A stretch of 64,000 bases of DNA from an uncultured virus (IMG/VR IMGVR_UViG_3300049846_001482) (lineage: Duplodnaviria; Heunggongvirae; Uroviricota; Caudoviricetes): the IMG/VR virus record IMGVR_UViG_3300049846_001482; one strand, written 5' to 3'. The notes below the pieces were generated by a model. The model had not been told where the DNA came from. It saw nothing but the letters and a program-made list of their open reading frames with translations, and made no database searches. Every line of letters starts with the position of its first letter. Positions within the stretch are counted from its first letter, which is position 1. Positions 29,602 to 39,508 of the stretch are shown here, piece after piece. A program made the position numbers and the translations under genes.

Positions 29602-30039
29602 TTAGCTCTCCTTTCCAATGCGGTTTGCTTCAAACCACTCATCTAGGGTGTAGAAATCAGGGAAGTTCTCTTGCATTTCCCTCTTGCCGTAATCGGAGCG
29701 GTAGTAGAGGTCGCTGTAGTAGAACTCCTCACCAAGAAAGACCAGTGAATGCGGAGGGGTGGCAGGCTTCTCCCTGAAGAGAGCCACCATCTGTTCATCC
29801 AGTTCACCAGTCACCCCAGGCTTACGAGCCTTGCGAGACTTTTCTGCCAGAGCGTCGTACTTCTTACGCCACTCGGCGTCAGCCAGAGTATGGGCATCCC
29901 ACTGCTCACGCAGCTTTAGAAATGCCTCAAGGAAGTCATTCTCCAACTTCTCCTTGGACTCATACTCCACAGGGTACACGTAATCGCAAGAGCCACAAGG
30001 CTCGGATCCTGGAGGAGACCAAAAGATGATGCAACGCAT
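29602..30039 (-). CDS. hypothetical protein
   Basis: 145 aa; PVEYES...TLDEWF pattern. Confidence 0.65.
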   Translation of the reverse strand: MRCIIFWSPPGSEPCGSCDYVYPVEYESKEKLENDFLEAFLKLREQWDAHTLADAEWRKKYDALAEKSRKARKPGVTGELDEQMVALFREKPATPPHSLVFLGEEFYYSDLYYRSDYGKREMQENFPDFYTLDEWFEANRIGKES

Positions 30040-30048
30040 GACTTACCC

Positions 30049-30858
30049 CTACGTGACGATGATGATCTTCTTGATGAGGACTTGAGAAGCCTCTTTCAAG
30101 CAGTACTCTGGCTGCATGAACCCAGTGTAGTAAACCGAGTCGTATTCCTTCGGGAACGGCAACCCCGACTGGTTGGCATTCTGGCATTTCCCAATCAGCA
30201 CGTCCAGTTCAAAGATGTAGCCGTAGATGCTCTTCTTGGCTGAATACGACCAAGACCTCTTGGTGCCGGTCTTTGAGAGTCCCTTGCCGTTGAAGCCCAT
30301 CGCCTTGTTGAAAGGTCCAACATACAACCCTCTGCCCAAAGCGCCATTGGAAGAGACTCTGAAGCCATTCAAGAGGATGTTGCCAACAGCAGAGGCAACC
30401 GTGCCATGGTAGAGCGTCTTGATGCTTGTGTCGGTGCCGTCTTGCCGCAGGTAGAACTCTTCGAGCTTCTTGTAGAACTCCTCTTCCTTGGGAGGATTCC
30501 CAACCAAGATCTCATTACCCACCTGACGCAGACGGCAAAGGCGGTCATGGATATCAGTCAAGCCAAGGTATTGGAGGGGCGGTGCCGATTTGAGAAGCGA
30601 CCTGAGGCTTTGCTTCTGAGCATCTTCGATGGTCCTTAGGAACTCTTGACGACTGACAGCCACGCCATCCAAAGAACACTTCCTGACGTTGGCCAGATTG
30701 CATGGCGTAGAGCCATAGACGTAGAGACCGCCCACCTTCTTTTTGAAGGAGGCAGCATCATCATCCTCAACTTCAGTGATCACCTTCTCATAGTCTGAGC
30801 GGCGAGTCTTGAAATTGTAGCGTGAAGCATGATGAGAGACGCTGGCCTTGAACTTCAT
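30049..30858 (-). CDS. PARP-like (H-Y-E) ADP-ribosyltransferase domain protein
   Basis: LYHGT, IL.NGF, G.LGRGLY, F..DVLIG and PEYCL motifs. Confidence 0.75.
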   Translation of the reverse strand: MKFKASVSHHASRYNFKTRRSDYEKVITEVEDDDAASFKKKVGGLYVYGSTPCNLANVRKCSLDGVAVSRQEFLRTIEDAQKQSLRSLLKSAPPLQYLGLTDIHDRLCRLRQVGNEILVGNPPKEEEFYKKLEEFYLRQDGTDTSIKTLYHGTVASAVGNILLNGFRVSSNGALGRGLYVGPFNKAMGFNGKGLSKTGTKRSWSYSAKKSIYGYIFELDVLIGKCQNANQSGLPFPKEYDSVYYTGFMQPEYCLKEASQVLIKKIIIVT

Positions 30859-30861
30859 GAC

Positions 30862-31164
30862 TTACCTGAAGAGCGAGACGATCCTCTGCCACAGAGTCTT
30901 CTTGATGGGCTCATAGCGAAGGTGGTTGCCTTCGACCACGCTCACATAGCCTTCCATGATATTCTGCCGATAGACTTCCCGCAGGAACTCACCGACATCC
31001 TTCTGGCGAATGTCGTGCTTGGGAAAAGACTTGCGAAGCTGGTTCTTGAACTCCAGCGATGTGAAGGGCTTGTTGGTCGCAAGGAAGGCTATCAAAGCCC
31101 CCTTTGCCTCATCCAGCCACTTGACCTTGGGGTAGCACATGTCTTGCTCCATGAAAAAGGGCAT
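30862..31164 (-). CDS. hypothetical protein
   Basis: 100-aa ORF downstream of a TTGACA-17-TACACT promoter-like site. Confidence 0.6.
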   Translation of the reverse strand: MPFFMEQDMCYPKVKWLDEAKGALIAFLATNKPFTSLEFKNQLRKSFPKHDIRQKDVGEFLREVYRQNIMEGYVSVVEGNHLRYEPIKKTLWQRIVSLFR

Positions 31165-31222
31165 CCTTTTCAGATGCCCTCAGTGTAAGTATAATTTGTT
31201 AGGGTGTCAAGCCTATTTTTGC

Positions 31223-31702
31223 CTATCTTATTCCATTGTAGTCTGTATAGGGGTTTGCATATTGAGTTGTCCGACTTCTTTCTTCTGCCATTATTTTTTC
31301 AATTTCAGCCCCTATCTCCTTTTCCTTTCTTTCAATATATTCCTTCGCCATATTGAGCGTGGCGCTGGTTAGGAGACTCACAATCTCGGTGATTTTTTTC
31401 GTTTTCTCGTCTTTGTAAAACTCAATCAGCATCATCATCTGGTCTTGAGTCAGGGCTTGCTCATAATGACGCATGATCATGGTATGAATTTCGCCACCCT
31501 CAACACTGTCAGTGAAGGCGTCTTTGATGACTTTTTCAAACCTTACAACAAGCTCCTCTCTGATCTTCTTCTCGACCAAAATCTGTCTCATAGCCACAGT
31601 ATGTCTTTCTATGGCTTCTTGTATGTTCTTATAGAGACCCATCAACTCTATGAGCTCTTTGACGTACTTCTTTTTGTCTGAGATATATTCATATCTATTC
31701 AT
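31223..31702 (-). CDS. DUF2059-like protein with MNRYEY tag
   Basis: Y...LT.D....LIEFY pattern. Confidence 0.6.
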   Translation of the reverse strand: MNRYEYISDKKKYVKELIELMGLYKNIQEAIERHTVAMRQILVEKKIREELVVRFEKVIKDAFTDSVEGGEIHTMIMRHYEQALTQDQMMMLIEFYKDEKTKKITEIVSLLTSATLNMAKEYIERKEKEIGAEIEKIMAEERSRTTQYANPYTDYNGIR

Positions 31703-31990
31703 CTATGCCTCATGCCCAGTCAATTCCTTGATAGCAACACTCATTGCCTCAAGGTTTGTTTGGTTAGCAGAGAACATCTCCTGCATCTCCTTTTGGCTGA
31801 TCTCCATCAATTCGCCGTTGAAGAAATAAGGAAAGTTGATGTCGCTCTTGATAGCCATCTTTTCCCCAGTCTCTTCATTGTAGAGGATCACATAACCATA
31901 GGGGTTGTCCACGTCCCACGTTCTAAAGGTGTGGAGTATTTGATAGGCTTTCAAGTAACCCCTTTTGGGTGTTCTAGTCTGATTAAACAT
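31703..31990 (-). CDS. hypothetical protein
   Basis: 95 aa, packed. Confidence 0.6.
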   Translation of the reverse strand: MFNQTRTPKRGYLKAYQILHTFRTWDVDNPYGYVILYNEETGEKMAIKSDINFPYFFNGELMEISQKEMQEMFSANQTNLEAMSVAIKELTGHEA

Positions 31991-32786
31991 CTGCCTCTAT
32001 CTCCTTCCTTAGATTGGCATAAAGAGTCTCTGGATTGTTCTCACTGAGACCGCTCATCTGCCCATCATTGATCTCAACCAAGACCCAGCCGCCATCTCTC
32101 TTCTCTGCCACATCGAGGACAAAGAAGTTTACGTGATCTGCGACCAGTTCTGCAACCTTCTTGGCAAACTCCAGACCATCTGGATGGATGTCTTTAGGGA
32201 GGTTGTCAGCCATCGTCCAGTAGTAGCCATAGGACAAGAGTTGCTTCTTGTAGAAGAAACAGCGCCACTCGTTGGTGAACGGAAGCCCATTGAGACCAAT
32301 CTCATAGGTGACTAGTGGGGTATAGCGGCGATAGATGATACCCTGCTCATTGATGAGAGCATCCTCTCTAAGCGATATGGCGGTCAGGATGGCCGTTCTC
32401 TTGTTCTCGGCAAACATCTTGTCCTTCCAATATGCCTTTCGGCTATTGGTTCTGCCCTTGACCACAAACTGAGTGCCGTCATCGGGAAGATGCTCTGAGT
32501 CGAACCACGTCTCAAAGGTATAGGGAGCCACGATGTCGTAGTAGTCAAAGTTGGCGATCCACTTATGCTGCTTATAGCTATTGATGAGCCTTGAGTTCTT
32601 GATGGCTAGGTCTTCCTCAAGTTCCTTGTAGTAAGGAAGGCATGAATAGCGACCAATCACCAGACGGTTATCTGGGACGGCATTGCGCAGCTTCGTAGCC
32701 TCGAAGTATTTGGATAGAACTGGATACTCCGTGTGGTTCTCGCTGTCGGCTCTGAATAAGACTATCGGATTCGTCTCTTTGGCCAT
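31983..32786 (-). CDS. ATP-grasp protein, R2K-like clade
   Basis: FVVKG...SRK..W, EWRCFF, FFVLDVA, W.LVEINDGQMSG motifs. Confidence 0.85.
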   Translation of the reverse strand: MAKETNPIVLFRADSENHTEYPVLSKYFEATKLRNAVPDNRLVIGRYSCLPYYKELEEDLAIKNSRLINSYKQHKWIANFDYYDIVAPYTFETWFDSEHLPDDGTQFVVKGRTNSRKAYWKDKMFAENKRTAILTAISLREDALINEQGIIYRRYTPLVTYEIGLNGLPFTNEWRCFFYKKQLLSYGYYWTMADNLPKDIHPDGLEFAKKVAELVADHVNFFVLDVAEKRDGGWVLVEINDGQMSGLSENNPETLYANLRKEIEADV

Positions 32787-33253
32787 TTGTAGATACAGAG
32801 AAAGGGTCTAAAGAAGATCATGTTGTGCTGATATTTGTATTTATTCATTTCTCGTTCTGCAGAACTCTGGAAGGTAGCGCACCACCACTCCTGTACGGCT
32901 CCCACAAAGCCATCTGGTAGGAAATGCTTGAAGGGGTGCTTTCCCCAGACGAAGAATGATACTAAGTGACGCTTTCTAAGTAAAGGCAAATAGAACTTTG
33001 GAGGAACCCTTTTTATGTGTGGGTTTTTCGGGTCGAATGGGGTGCCTCCAATTGGCATAAACCACACAGAGGAGCAATAGAAGTTAGAGTGATGAAAGCT
33101 CTTCTTCTCCACTGGGTAGAGCATATACCTTAGGATGTCGTATGGAATGAATAGAAAGGGTGTTAGGGATTGGAATATCTCAATATAGTATCCCCATGTC
33201 AGTCCTGCTCCATTTGATTTTTTGATTTTTACAGAGATCATTTGTTGTCCCAC
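32762..33253 (-). CDS. hypothetical protein
   Basis: 163-aa ORF. Confidence 0.5.
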   Translation of the reverse strand: MGQQMISVKIKKSNGAGLTWGYYIEIFQSLTPFLFIPYDILRYMLYPVEKKSFHHSNFYCSSVWFMPIGGTPFDPKNPHIKRVPPKFYLPLLRKRHLVSFFVWGKHPFKHFLPDGFVGAVQEWWCATFQSSAEREMNKYKYQHNMIFFRPFLCIYKWPKRRIR

Positions 33254-33627
33254 CTTTTGTCGCCCTTGACCAAATCCACAGCCATCCTATGCTGCTCTTC
33301 TGCCTGAGCATAGGTTGAGCATCGGTAGGTCTCCATATCCCTTGTGCCACCAAAAATCATGGTCTCAAAGAGAATTGGGCTTTTACCCCAACCATGATTG
33401 ACGACAAGGAAGACGGTTGAGATCTCTACGTCACCAATGGTGGTTAATTCAACCGTCCTTTTTGCCTTGTCTTCCAAGATCATGGGGCCTTGACCGTCCA
33501 ATGCTGGAACAACTCTTCTACCAACAAGATCATAGAAAAGATGACCTTGTGGGATGTCTTTTGGTAATTGATCTGGCTCGTCATCTCTCTTGGGTACAAA
33601 GCCAGATGCAAAGTGGCGTCTATTCAT
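33238..33627 (-). CDS. conserved phage-type hypothetical protein with MNRRHF tag
   Basis: ISTVFL..NH....P.LFETMIFGG...R.ST...A..QH pattern. Confidence 0.7.
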   Translation of the reverse strand: MNRRHFASGFVPKRDDEPDQLPKDIPQGHLFYDLVGRRVVPALDGQGPMILEDKAKRTVELTTIGDVEISTVFLVVNHGWGKSPILFETMIFGGTRDMETYRCSTYAQAEEQHRMAVDLVKGDKRWDNK

Positions 33628-34199
33628 GTTCGGTTACGTGAGATATCCTGATGCTATGACCCATTGGATCTGGATAGTCAAAATCAAGGTCACGGACAGA
33701 CTTCACCCTCTTGACATGCATCTGCCGCCCTTTGCCCTTGTATTCTATTCCCAAACCCTTGACGCCCTTGACGGTCTTGCCCTTGATGAAGTTCATGGCC
33801 TTCATCCAAGCGTCTGAGGAATCCTTCGCATCAACCTCAACAAAGCTGGTGGCAGGGTAGTTCAACTCCAGGTCAACCTTGAATTTTTTCTTCTTAGCGC
33901 CCATGTCTTCCTCAGTTGTTAGGGATGCCCTTTGGAGGCTTGCCATTGATGATGTCTTCTGGCTTTGGTATGACCATTGCTTTGCGTGGCTCAGGCCAAG
34001 AGGCAATACGAGCCGTTTCTACCTCTACCCGTGGTCGGATGTAAGCCAGCACCTCGTCGTATTTCCTGACGATATCGAAATCGTCCTTTTCCTCAGCCAT
34101 CTTCCTCATAGCCAGCATCTCTGGGGCAAAGAGGAAGACCAACTGTTCGTCAGACATGGTATCGGCTCGGTTTTTCAATGGATCAACAAAACTGTCCAT
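33620..34199 (-). CDS. two small ORFs (33620..33904, 33912..34199)
   Basis: ORF track, packed. Confidence 0.55.
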
Positions 34200-36763
34200 T
34201 ACAGCCTCGGATCGAAGGTTTTCTCACGCTTCTCTTCAACGACCATCTCAGCGCACAGGTCAAGGTATTTGACATTGCTATCGCTGATGGCGTTGTAGGG
34301 AATCTCCAGCATAGCCTTGCCAATCTCAAACTCCTTGATGGATGTCTTGAGTTTGTTCCTGATGCTCTTGTCCTCAAGCATCTTGGTGAACTTAGGCTCA
34401 ATTTGGTAATCGTAGCCATAGATGATGGTGAGGTAGTTTGGATTCCTGACCTTCATGTATGGAGCAACGCCAGGGATGTAAACTTTGGCGGCTGGCTTGA
34501 CAACCACTCCCTCAACGTTGTTGCTGACCTGCTCGGCAAACCAAGCCTTAGCCTCAACAAGTCCAGCGTCGGTTGTCTCGCAAACAACAAAATCGTCATT
34601 TGAGACAGCAGAGAAGACTTCCTCGTTGCTTGCGTCAAAGTAGGTCTGCTCGACACCCTCAAAGGTAACGGTCTTGAGGAGAGCAAATGGCCTGAACTCC
34701 AACTCCCCTTCGTTGCCGTAGATCTCCATCTGCTTGTTGTAGATGGAAATTGCAGCCTTCTGCTCTTCCAAAGATAGCCATTTGAAGCCATCAAAGGCGG
34801 ACATGAGCCTGTAGGTAGCTTCGCCCATGCTGTCCATGAGGTCTTTCTTCTTTTGGCTATTCTTGAGGCTCTTGTAGCCAGATGCATCAAACTTCTCCTG
34901 CATCTTAGACAGGGATGACTCAAAGCCAGTCTTCTCCAGCAACTCGGCTTCAGTGGATAGCCCAACGCCAGTCGTCTTGAAGTGTGAGTCAATGAGTCCC
35001 TTACCCAGCGCAGACCAAGGCATTAGCTCACCATCAATGATGATTAGCTTCTTGTCGTCTTTGAAGCCCCTACCCATCCAGACTTCACGCATCTTCTTGT
35101 AAAGAGGGGTGAGGTCCAAGTGCTTGATGACAAAGCCATTACGGGACACCATGTAGGACTCTTCGATGTCGTGTGGGAAGAGATACATGTTGGCACGACT
35201 TCCCATATACTTCTTCTGGAGGATGACCCTTTCTACCTTGGATCCCCTAAAGTACTCAAAAGCCTCACGCATGTCTTCCAGCGTCCTCTCCTTGAGGTTC
35301 TTGTCGCATGGAGACATGGTTCCAGAGATGAAGTTGATCTTGTTTCGAGCAAACTTGACAACATCCATCTTGTCATCAAAATCCAGAGACTCGAACAAGC
35401 CCTGTTTCTTGATGATCTTGAAGTTGGCAATGTCCCCTTCGGCAGCACCCTTTGGAACGGAGCTGGGAACCCACTTAAAGCTGATGGTTCGGTTGTGGGA
35501 GTTGAAGAAGACCCCAGTCAACCTGTTTCCGTAGGCGCAGCCAGTATCGAGGAACACTTTGTTGCCGACAGTTGTAGCCTCAGCAACAGCAATGTGCCCA
35601 AAGAAGTGGTAGGGGTCACGCCTATTGGATTCATCAAAGACATAGTGAATGCTCTTCTTGATGCCCTCAATGAAGGCTTCGTCAGAGTCGTATTCCCTAC
35701 GCCAGCCATAGGAGCAGTTACCCTGATCCTTGGTGGAGCGATGATCCATCTTGCCAATGCGATTGTTGGCACAAGGGGCATGGGTGACAACAAAGTGATC
35801 GTGCAACAGGAAGTAAGAGCTGTTCTTCATGATCTCCATGAACTTGCTCTTGGCGCTCTCTGTCATCTGCCCGAAGGAGTCGAAGAACTTAGCCCTCAGT
35901 TCATCAGCAGCCTTGTCGTTGTGGTTGTTGGTGATGAAGCGAATCAGGGAGTGGTCGTGGTTTCCAATGACCGTCCTGATACGAGCCCTATTGGCGTGAA
36001 TGAACTCGATGAGGTCGTTGATCTGCGGACCTTTGTCAGCCAAATCGCCAGCAAGAACAATAAGGGTGTCGTCATTGCCCTTGATGATGCCAGCCTCAAT
36101 GGAAAAGCCAGCAGCAATCAGCAAGTCCTCAAATTCCTTGAGGCAAGCATGGATGTCGCCAACAATGAAGTAGCGACTGAACGGCGGCAGGACAGAAAGA
36201 GCCATCGTATCGTAAGTGGCATCCCTGTCCAAAACCAGTTCTGCGTCCTTCGACTTGATCTTGTGGAAGAACTCAAAGTCCCTGCGGCGAATCTCTCCCA
36301 GCGTCTCCTGCTTGAAACGCTTGAGATGCTGACCAATGAGCCAAGCATGCTTGGGGTCCGTGTACTTGAAGTACTCGTCCCTGTCGGCATAGTCAAAGCA
36401 GAAGCCCGTGAGGCGGTAATTGGCTTCTTTGGTCAGATCAATGAAACGCTGCCTAGACTTCTCACCAATGAAGGTGGCGTCCAGAATGACGAAATCGGCG
36501 GAAACGGGCCAAGTGGTGACGGCTTGGAACTTGGCCTCCATCAACTTAAAGGCTCCCTCAGAAGCATAGTTCATGAGGTCGTCTGCCTTATCCAAGTTCT
36601 TTCCAATGATCTCCCTGCGGTATTCGTCTGAACTCAAGATCTGAATATTGGCATTGGGGACCATGCTCTTGAGGGCAGGCACAAGCTTCTCACGGATGAA
36701 ATGGCTTTTGCCACACCCGCTTGGACCAACCATCATGATGACTGACTTCAATGGAACGTTCAT
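34199..36763 (-). CDS. pnkp: polynucleotide kinase-phosphatase-ligase (bacterial Pnkp type)
   Basis: P-loop GPSGCGKS; metallophosphatase GDIH/GD..DKG/GNHD; ligase KYMGSR, DGELMPW, EGVVVKP, KVRNP.YL.IIYG; ends DPRL. Confidence 0.95.
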   Translation of the reverse strand: MNVPLKSVIMMVGPSGCGKSHFIREKLVPALKSMVPNANIQILSSDEYRREIIGKNLDKADDLMNYASEGAFKLMEAKFQAVTTWPVSADFVILDATFIGEKSRQRFIDLTKEANYRLTGFCFDYADRDEYFKYTDPKHAWLIGQHLKRFKQETLGEIRRRDFEFFHKIKSKDAELVLDRDATYDTMALSVLPPFSRYFIVGDIHACLKEFEDLLIAAGFSIEAGIIKGNDDTLIVLAGDLADKGPQINDLIEFIHANRARIRTVIGNHDHSLIRFITNNHNDKAADELRAKFFDSFGQMTESAKSKFMEIMKNSSYFLLHDHFVVTHAPCANNRIGKMDHRSTKDQGNCSYGWRREYDSDEAFIEGIKKSIHYVFDESNRRDPYHFFGHIAVAEATTVGNKVFLDTGCAYGNRLTGVFFNSHNRTISFKWVPSSVPKGAAEGDIANFKIIKKQGLFESLDFDDKMDVVKFARNKINFISGTMSPCDKNLKERTLEDMREAFEYFRGSKVERVILQKKYMGSRANMYLFPHDIEESYMVSRNGFVIKHLDLTPLYKKMREVWMGRGFKDDKKLIIIDGELMPWSALGKGLIDSHFKTTGVGLSTEAELLEKTGFESSLSKMQEKFDASGYKSLKNSQKKKDLMDSMGEATYRLMSAFDGFKWLSLEEQKAAISIYNKQMEIYGNEGELEFRPFALLKTVTFEGVEQTYFDASNEEVFSAVSNDDFVVCETTDAGLVEAKAWFAEQVSNNVEGVVVKPAAKVYIPGVAPYMKVRNPNYLTIIYGYDYQIEPKFTKMLEDKSIRNKLKTSIKEFEIGKAMLEIPYNAISDSNVKYLDLCAEMVVEEKREKTFDPRL

Positions 36764-37239
36764 TCTTCATCCCCTTCATTCGGATCTTTGCCGCTCTCAA
36801 TATAATCCACTGCCTTTTTGTAGTCTTCAAAGTTCATGAAGAAGTTGCCTACTGGCAAAATCCCAAAAAGACAGAGAAGGACAGACAGTGGCCATATATC
36901 TGTAAAAGCTATCCGTATCACGAAAGTCCAGAAGACTGAATTCATGAGGATAGTCGAGAATAGAAATGGCCAGAAAACCTCTTCTTTGGTCTTGTAGGGA
37001 AACTCAGGGTAAGTGCCTTTATTTAGCAACTTCTTTCCCGAACCAGTCTTTGTGTAGATGACTTGTTGTTTTCTGATGGTTTCGTGTTTGCCGTCTTTGG
37101 TCACGACCATGTAGAGAGCGCCAAACGGATTGGCTTCACTACCCATGACGGTAGCCTCAATGAGCTCTGGACCCAGAAGCCACGGACCCTTATCCTCAAA
37201 GGCTTGCCAAGATTTTCTGTACCAGACCTTGTTTGTCAT
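36760..37239 (-). CDS. membrane protein
   Basis: Two C-terminal hydrophobic helices; 4-nt overlaps. Confidence 0.65.
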   Translation of the reverse strand: MTNKVWYRKSWQAFEDKGPWLLGPELIEATVMGSEANPFGALYMVVTKDGKHETIRKQQVIYTKTGSGKKLLNKGTYPEFPYKTKEEVFWPFLFSTILMNSVFWTFVIRIAFTDIWPLSVLLCLFGILPVGNFFMNFEDYKKAVDYIESGKDPNEGDEE

Positions 37240-37592
37240 CTCAAACTCTCCCAGACCTCTTTAAGAGAACCAACGTGATGCCATGTTGCTTTGTTGTCTA
37301 TGACTTCCACCCTGTCAAACTTCTCGCCATCGTAGGTCTCAAAGGCATAGTCAAAGCCTGCCCCATTGAAGTTCTCAAGGCTTTTCCAAAGAAACTCGGC
37401 CGAGTTGGTTATTGACGGACCCGTGTTTTCTTTGATCTCTGTTGCTATGGCAACCCTTCGCCGCTTGTAGATGTATATCTCAAGCAAACAAACAGACTGG
37501 AATCTGTTGTAGGGGTTGTTCCAGATGTGCTGTCCTCGCCATGCTAGGTGAGGCTCAGACGGCGTGTTTTTTATGAAGTCTGCCCTTTGCAT
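37236..37592 (-). CDS. hypothetical protein with MQRADF tag
   Basis: ATE...N.G.SITNSAE pattern. Confidence 0.65.
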   Translation of the reverse strand: MQRADFIKNTPSEPHLAWRGQHIWNNPYNRFQSVCLLEIYIYKRRRVAIATEIKENTGPSITNSAEFLWKSLENFNGAGFDYAFETYDGEKFDRVEVIDNKATWHHVGSLKEVWESLR

Positions 37593-37688
37593 TCTTCGGC
37601 TTCCTTTTCTTCATCGCTGGCTTACCCGCCTTCTTCATGAAAGCTGGTAAAAAGACTGGCATGCAATACGGGAACATCATAGTCATTT

Positions 37689-38930
37689 CTACTCCAAGAC
37701 AGCGCCAATGCTGCAGCTATGCCCATTGACGTTATCGCCAATTTCGATGATACGAGCAGACCTCTCGCCTTTAACTTCATTGATCCAAGCCTCAAACTCA
37801 GCCTTGGTCATCTCAAAGTGATGGTCATCATGACGCATCTCTTCGTCATCAAAGAAGTAGAACTGGTTAAAGTCCTTGTTTGGAGTCGTGATGATGACCT
37901 TCTTGCACCAACGACTGGAGAGCATTTGCTTGACAAGGCTGGTTGCCTCATCCTTCTCCATATGCTCAATGACTTCTGAGAGGATGATGTCATGCTCTTG
38001 CCTAAGATCCAGCAAGCTCGTAGTCGTAAGGAGATGTTCTGGTTTTTCAGCCATCTCACGAGCAAACCTACGCTTGACAGTCTCGATCATCTCAGGGTCT
38101 TTGTCAATGGCGATGTAAACGAATTCACCCATTTTGGGTAGAAAACGCTTGACAAAGTTGCCCTCACCGCAACCGAAGTCTACAACAATCTTGTCAAAAG
38201 CCAGTTCTTTCTCCACAGCCGCAATACGCTGTTGAGAAGCGAAGCCAAACTGGAACTTGATGTCCTCAAAGGAGTTCTGTTCAAGCGACTTGACGTGCTG
38301 TTTGAAAACAGAGATATCCCTCAAGACATTGACCTTGAAGACATACTTGACGAAGAAGGGAGCCTTGATCGTGGCAAGGTAACTGAGATACTTATTGATC
38401 TCAGCATCGTCCAGCCTGCGATTCTTCAAGACATTGAACATGGCAAAGAGCTGGACAAAGGAGAAAAGCGTCTTGAAGCTCTCTTTGGTCGAGAAGGTGA
38501 CACTAAAGTTGTTGGGGCAAACCTCAGTGAAATCAATCTTGACGTTGGTGAAGTATTTTTGGAAGATCTCCAAATACTTCTTCTTTACCAGCATCATGTT
38601 GACGAAGATGGAGTTCTCAAAGCCCTCAACGTCATCGCTGTTATCCTTCTTGATGACATGGGCAAAGAACTCGTTGATGGAGTCTAGGACAAACTCGGCA
38701 GCGTTGTGCTGGCTGGGATTGACATAGCTCCACTCTTCATCCTTGAACTTCTTGTAGGAGATCTCGTGTTCGTGGTCCTTGAAGTAGCAGTTGAAAACAG
38801 AGTCATTGTTGGAGTAGTAACCGAACAGCCGACCCTGCTTCAAGGAACGCACAATCATCCCCGACTCAGGGTTCTTCCTGATGATGAAGGACAACTTTGG
38901 GTTGTTTGACCTTACCTGCAAGAAAGCCAT
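37689..38930 (-). CDS. hen1: Hen1 3'-terminal RNA 2'-O-methyltransferase
   Basis: N-terminal LSF..RKNP region; DFGCGEG, EVIEH, ITTPN.DFN, RH.DH.FE motifs; near pnkp. Confidence 0.92.
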   Translation of the reverse strand: MAFLQVRSNNPKLSFIIRKNPESGMIVRSLKQGRLFGYYSNNDSVFNCYFKDHEHEISYKKFKDEEWSYVNPSQHNAAEFVLDSINEFFAHVIKKDNSDDVEGFENSIFVNMMLVKKKYLEIFQKYFTNVKIDFTEVCPNNFSVTFSTKESFKTLFSFVQLFAMFNVLKNRRLDDAEINKYLSYLATIKAPFFVKYVFKVNVLRDISVFKQHVKSLEQNSFEDIKFQFGFASQQRIAAVEKELAFDKIVVDFGCGEGNFVKRFLPKMGEFVYIAIDKDPEMIETVKRRFAREMAEKPEHLLTTTSLLDLRQEHDIILSEVIEHMEKDEATSLVKQMLSSRWCKKVIITTPNKDFNQFYFFDDEEMRHDDHHFEMTKAEFEAWINEVKGERSARIIEIGDNVNGHSCSIGAVLE

Positions 38931-39508
38931 TACTTTACCTTTTTGGTAGAGACATTGATCGAGACATCTGCGCTGCCGTTTTCATCGTCCAGTTGCTTGT
39001 TGGCAACTTGTCTAGCTAGATAGTCGTCAGAAGCCTTGACCACCACATCATAGGTCTTCCAGACGTATTTGACAACAGGTTCCTTTCGCTTGATCTTCAC
39101 TTGCCACTTGACAAGCGGGGCACGAGGATCCACCAATTCCCAGTATTCGACACAGCCCTGCATAAGAATAGACGAGCGATCATGCCTGTAGCAGTCGTCC
39201 CAAGCCGCCATGTCTTTGGCGTTCACGAAGTCGTAGACAGCAGGAGGATAGTCGCCATGCTTCTTCATGTAGTCCTCGTATTCAAAGCATTGCGTCCTCT
39301 GCTGCCACACTTTGCCTTTGAGGTCTTGGGTTGGGCAGGGCGTTGGCTCAACCATTGCCGTGGACGTAATTGAAACAGATCCAGCAATTGGGGGAGCGGG
39401 TGGAGGCGTAACATCCTTGAGAGCGGACTTAAGAGCCATTCCACCCTTGACGAACATGAGGGCCAATGCAAATCCAGTAAGCCCAGCGAGAACTTCTCTT
39501 TGTGTCAC
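38930..39508 (-). CDS. membrane-anchored hypothetical protein
   Basis: N-terminal TM followed by a Pro-rich linker. Confidence 0.65.
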   Translation of the reverse strand: MTQREVLAGLTGFALALMFVKGGMALKSALKDVTPPPAPPIAGSVSITSTAMVEPTPCPTQDLKGKVWQQRTQCFEYEDYMKKHGDYPPAVYDFVNAKDMAAWDDCYRHDRSSILMQGCVEYWELVDPRAPLVKWQVKIKRKEPVVKYVWKTYDVVVKASDDYLARQVANKQLDDENGSADVSINVSTKKVK

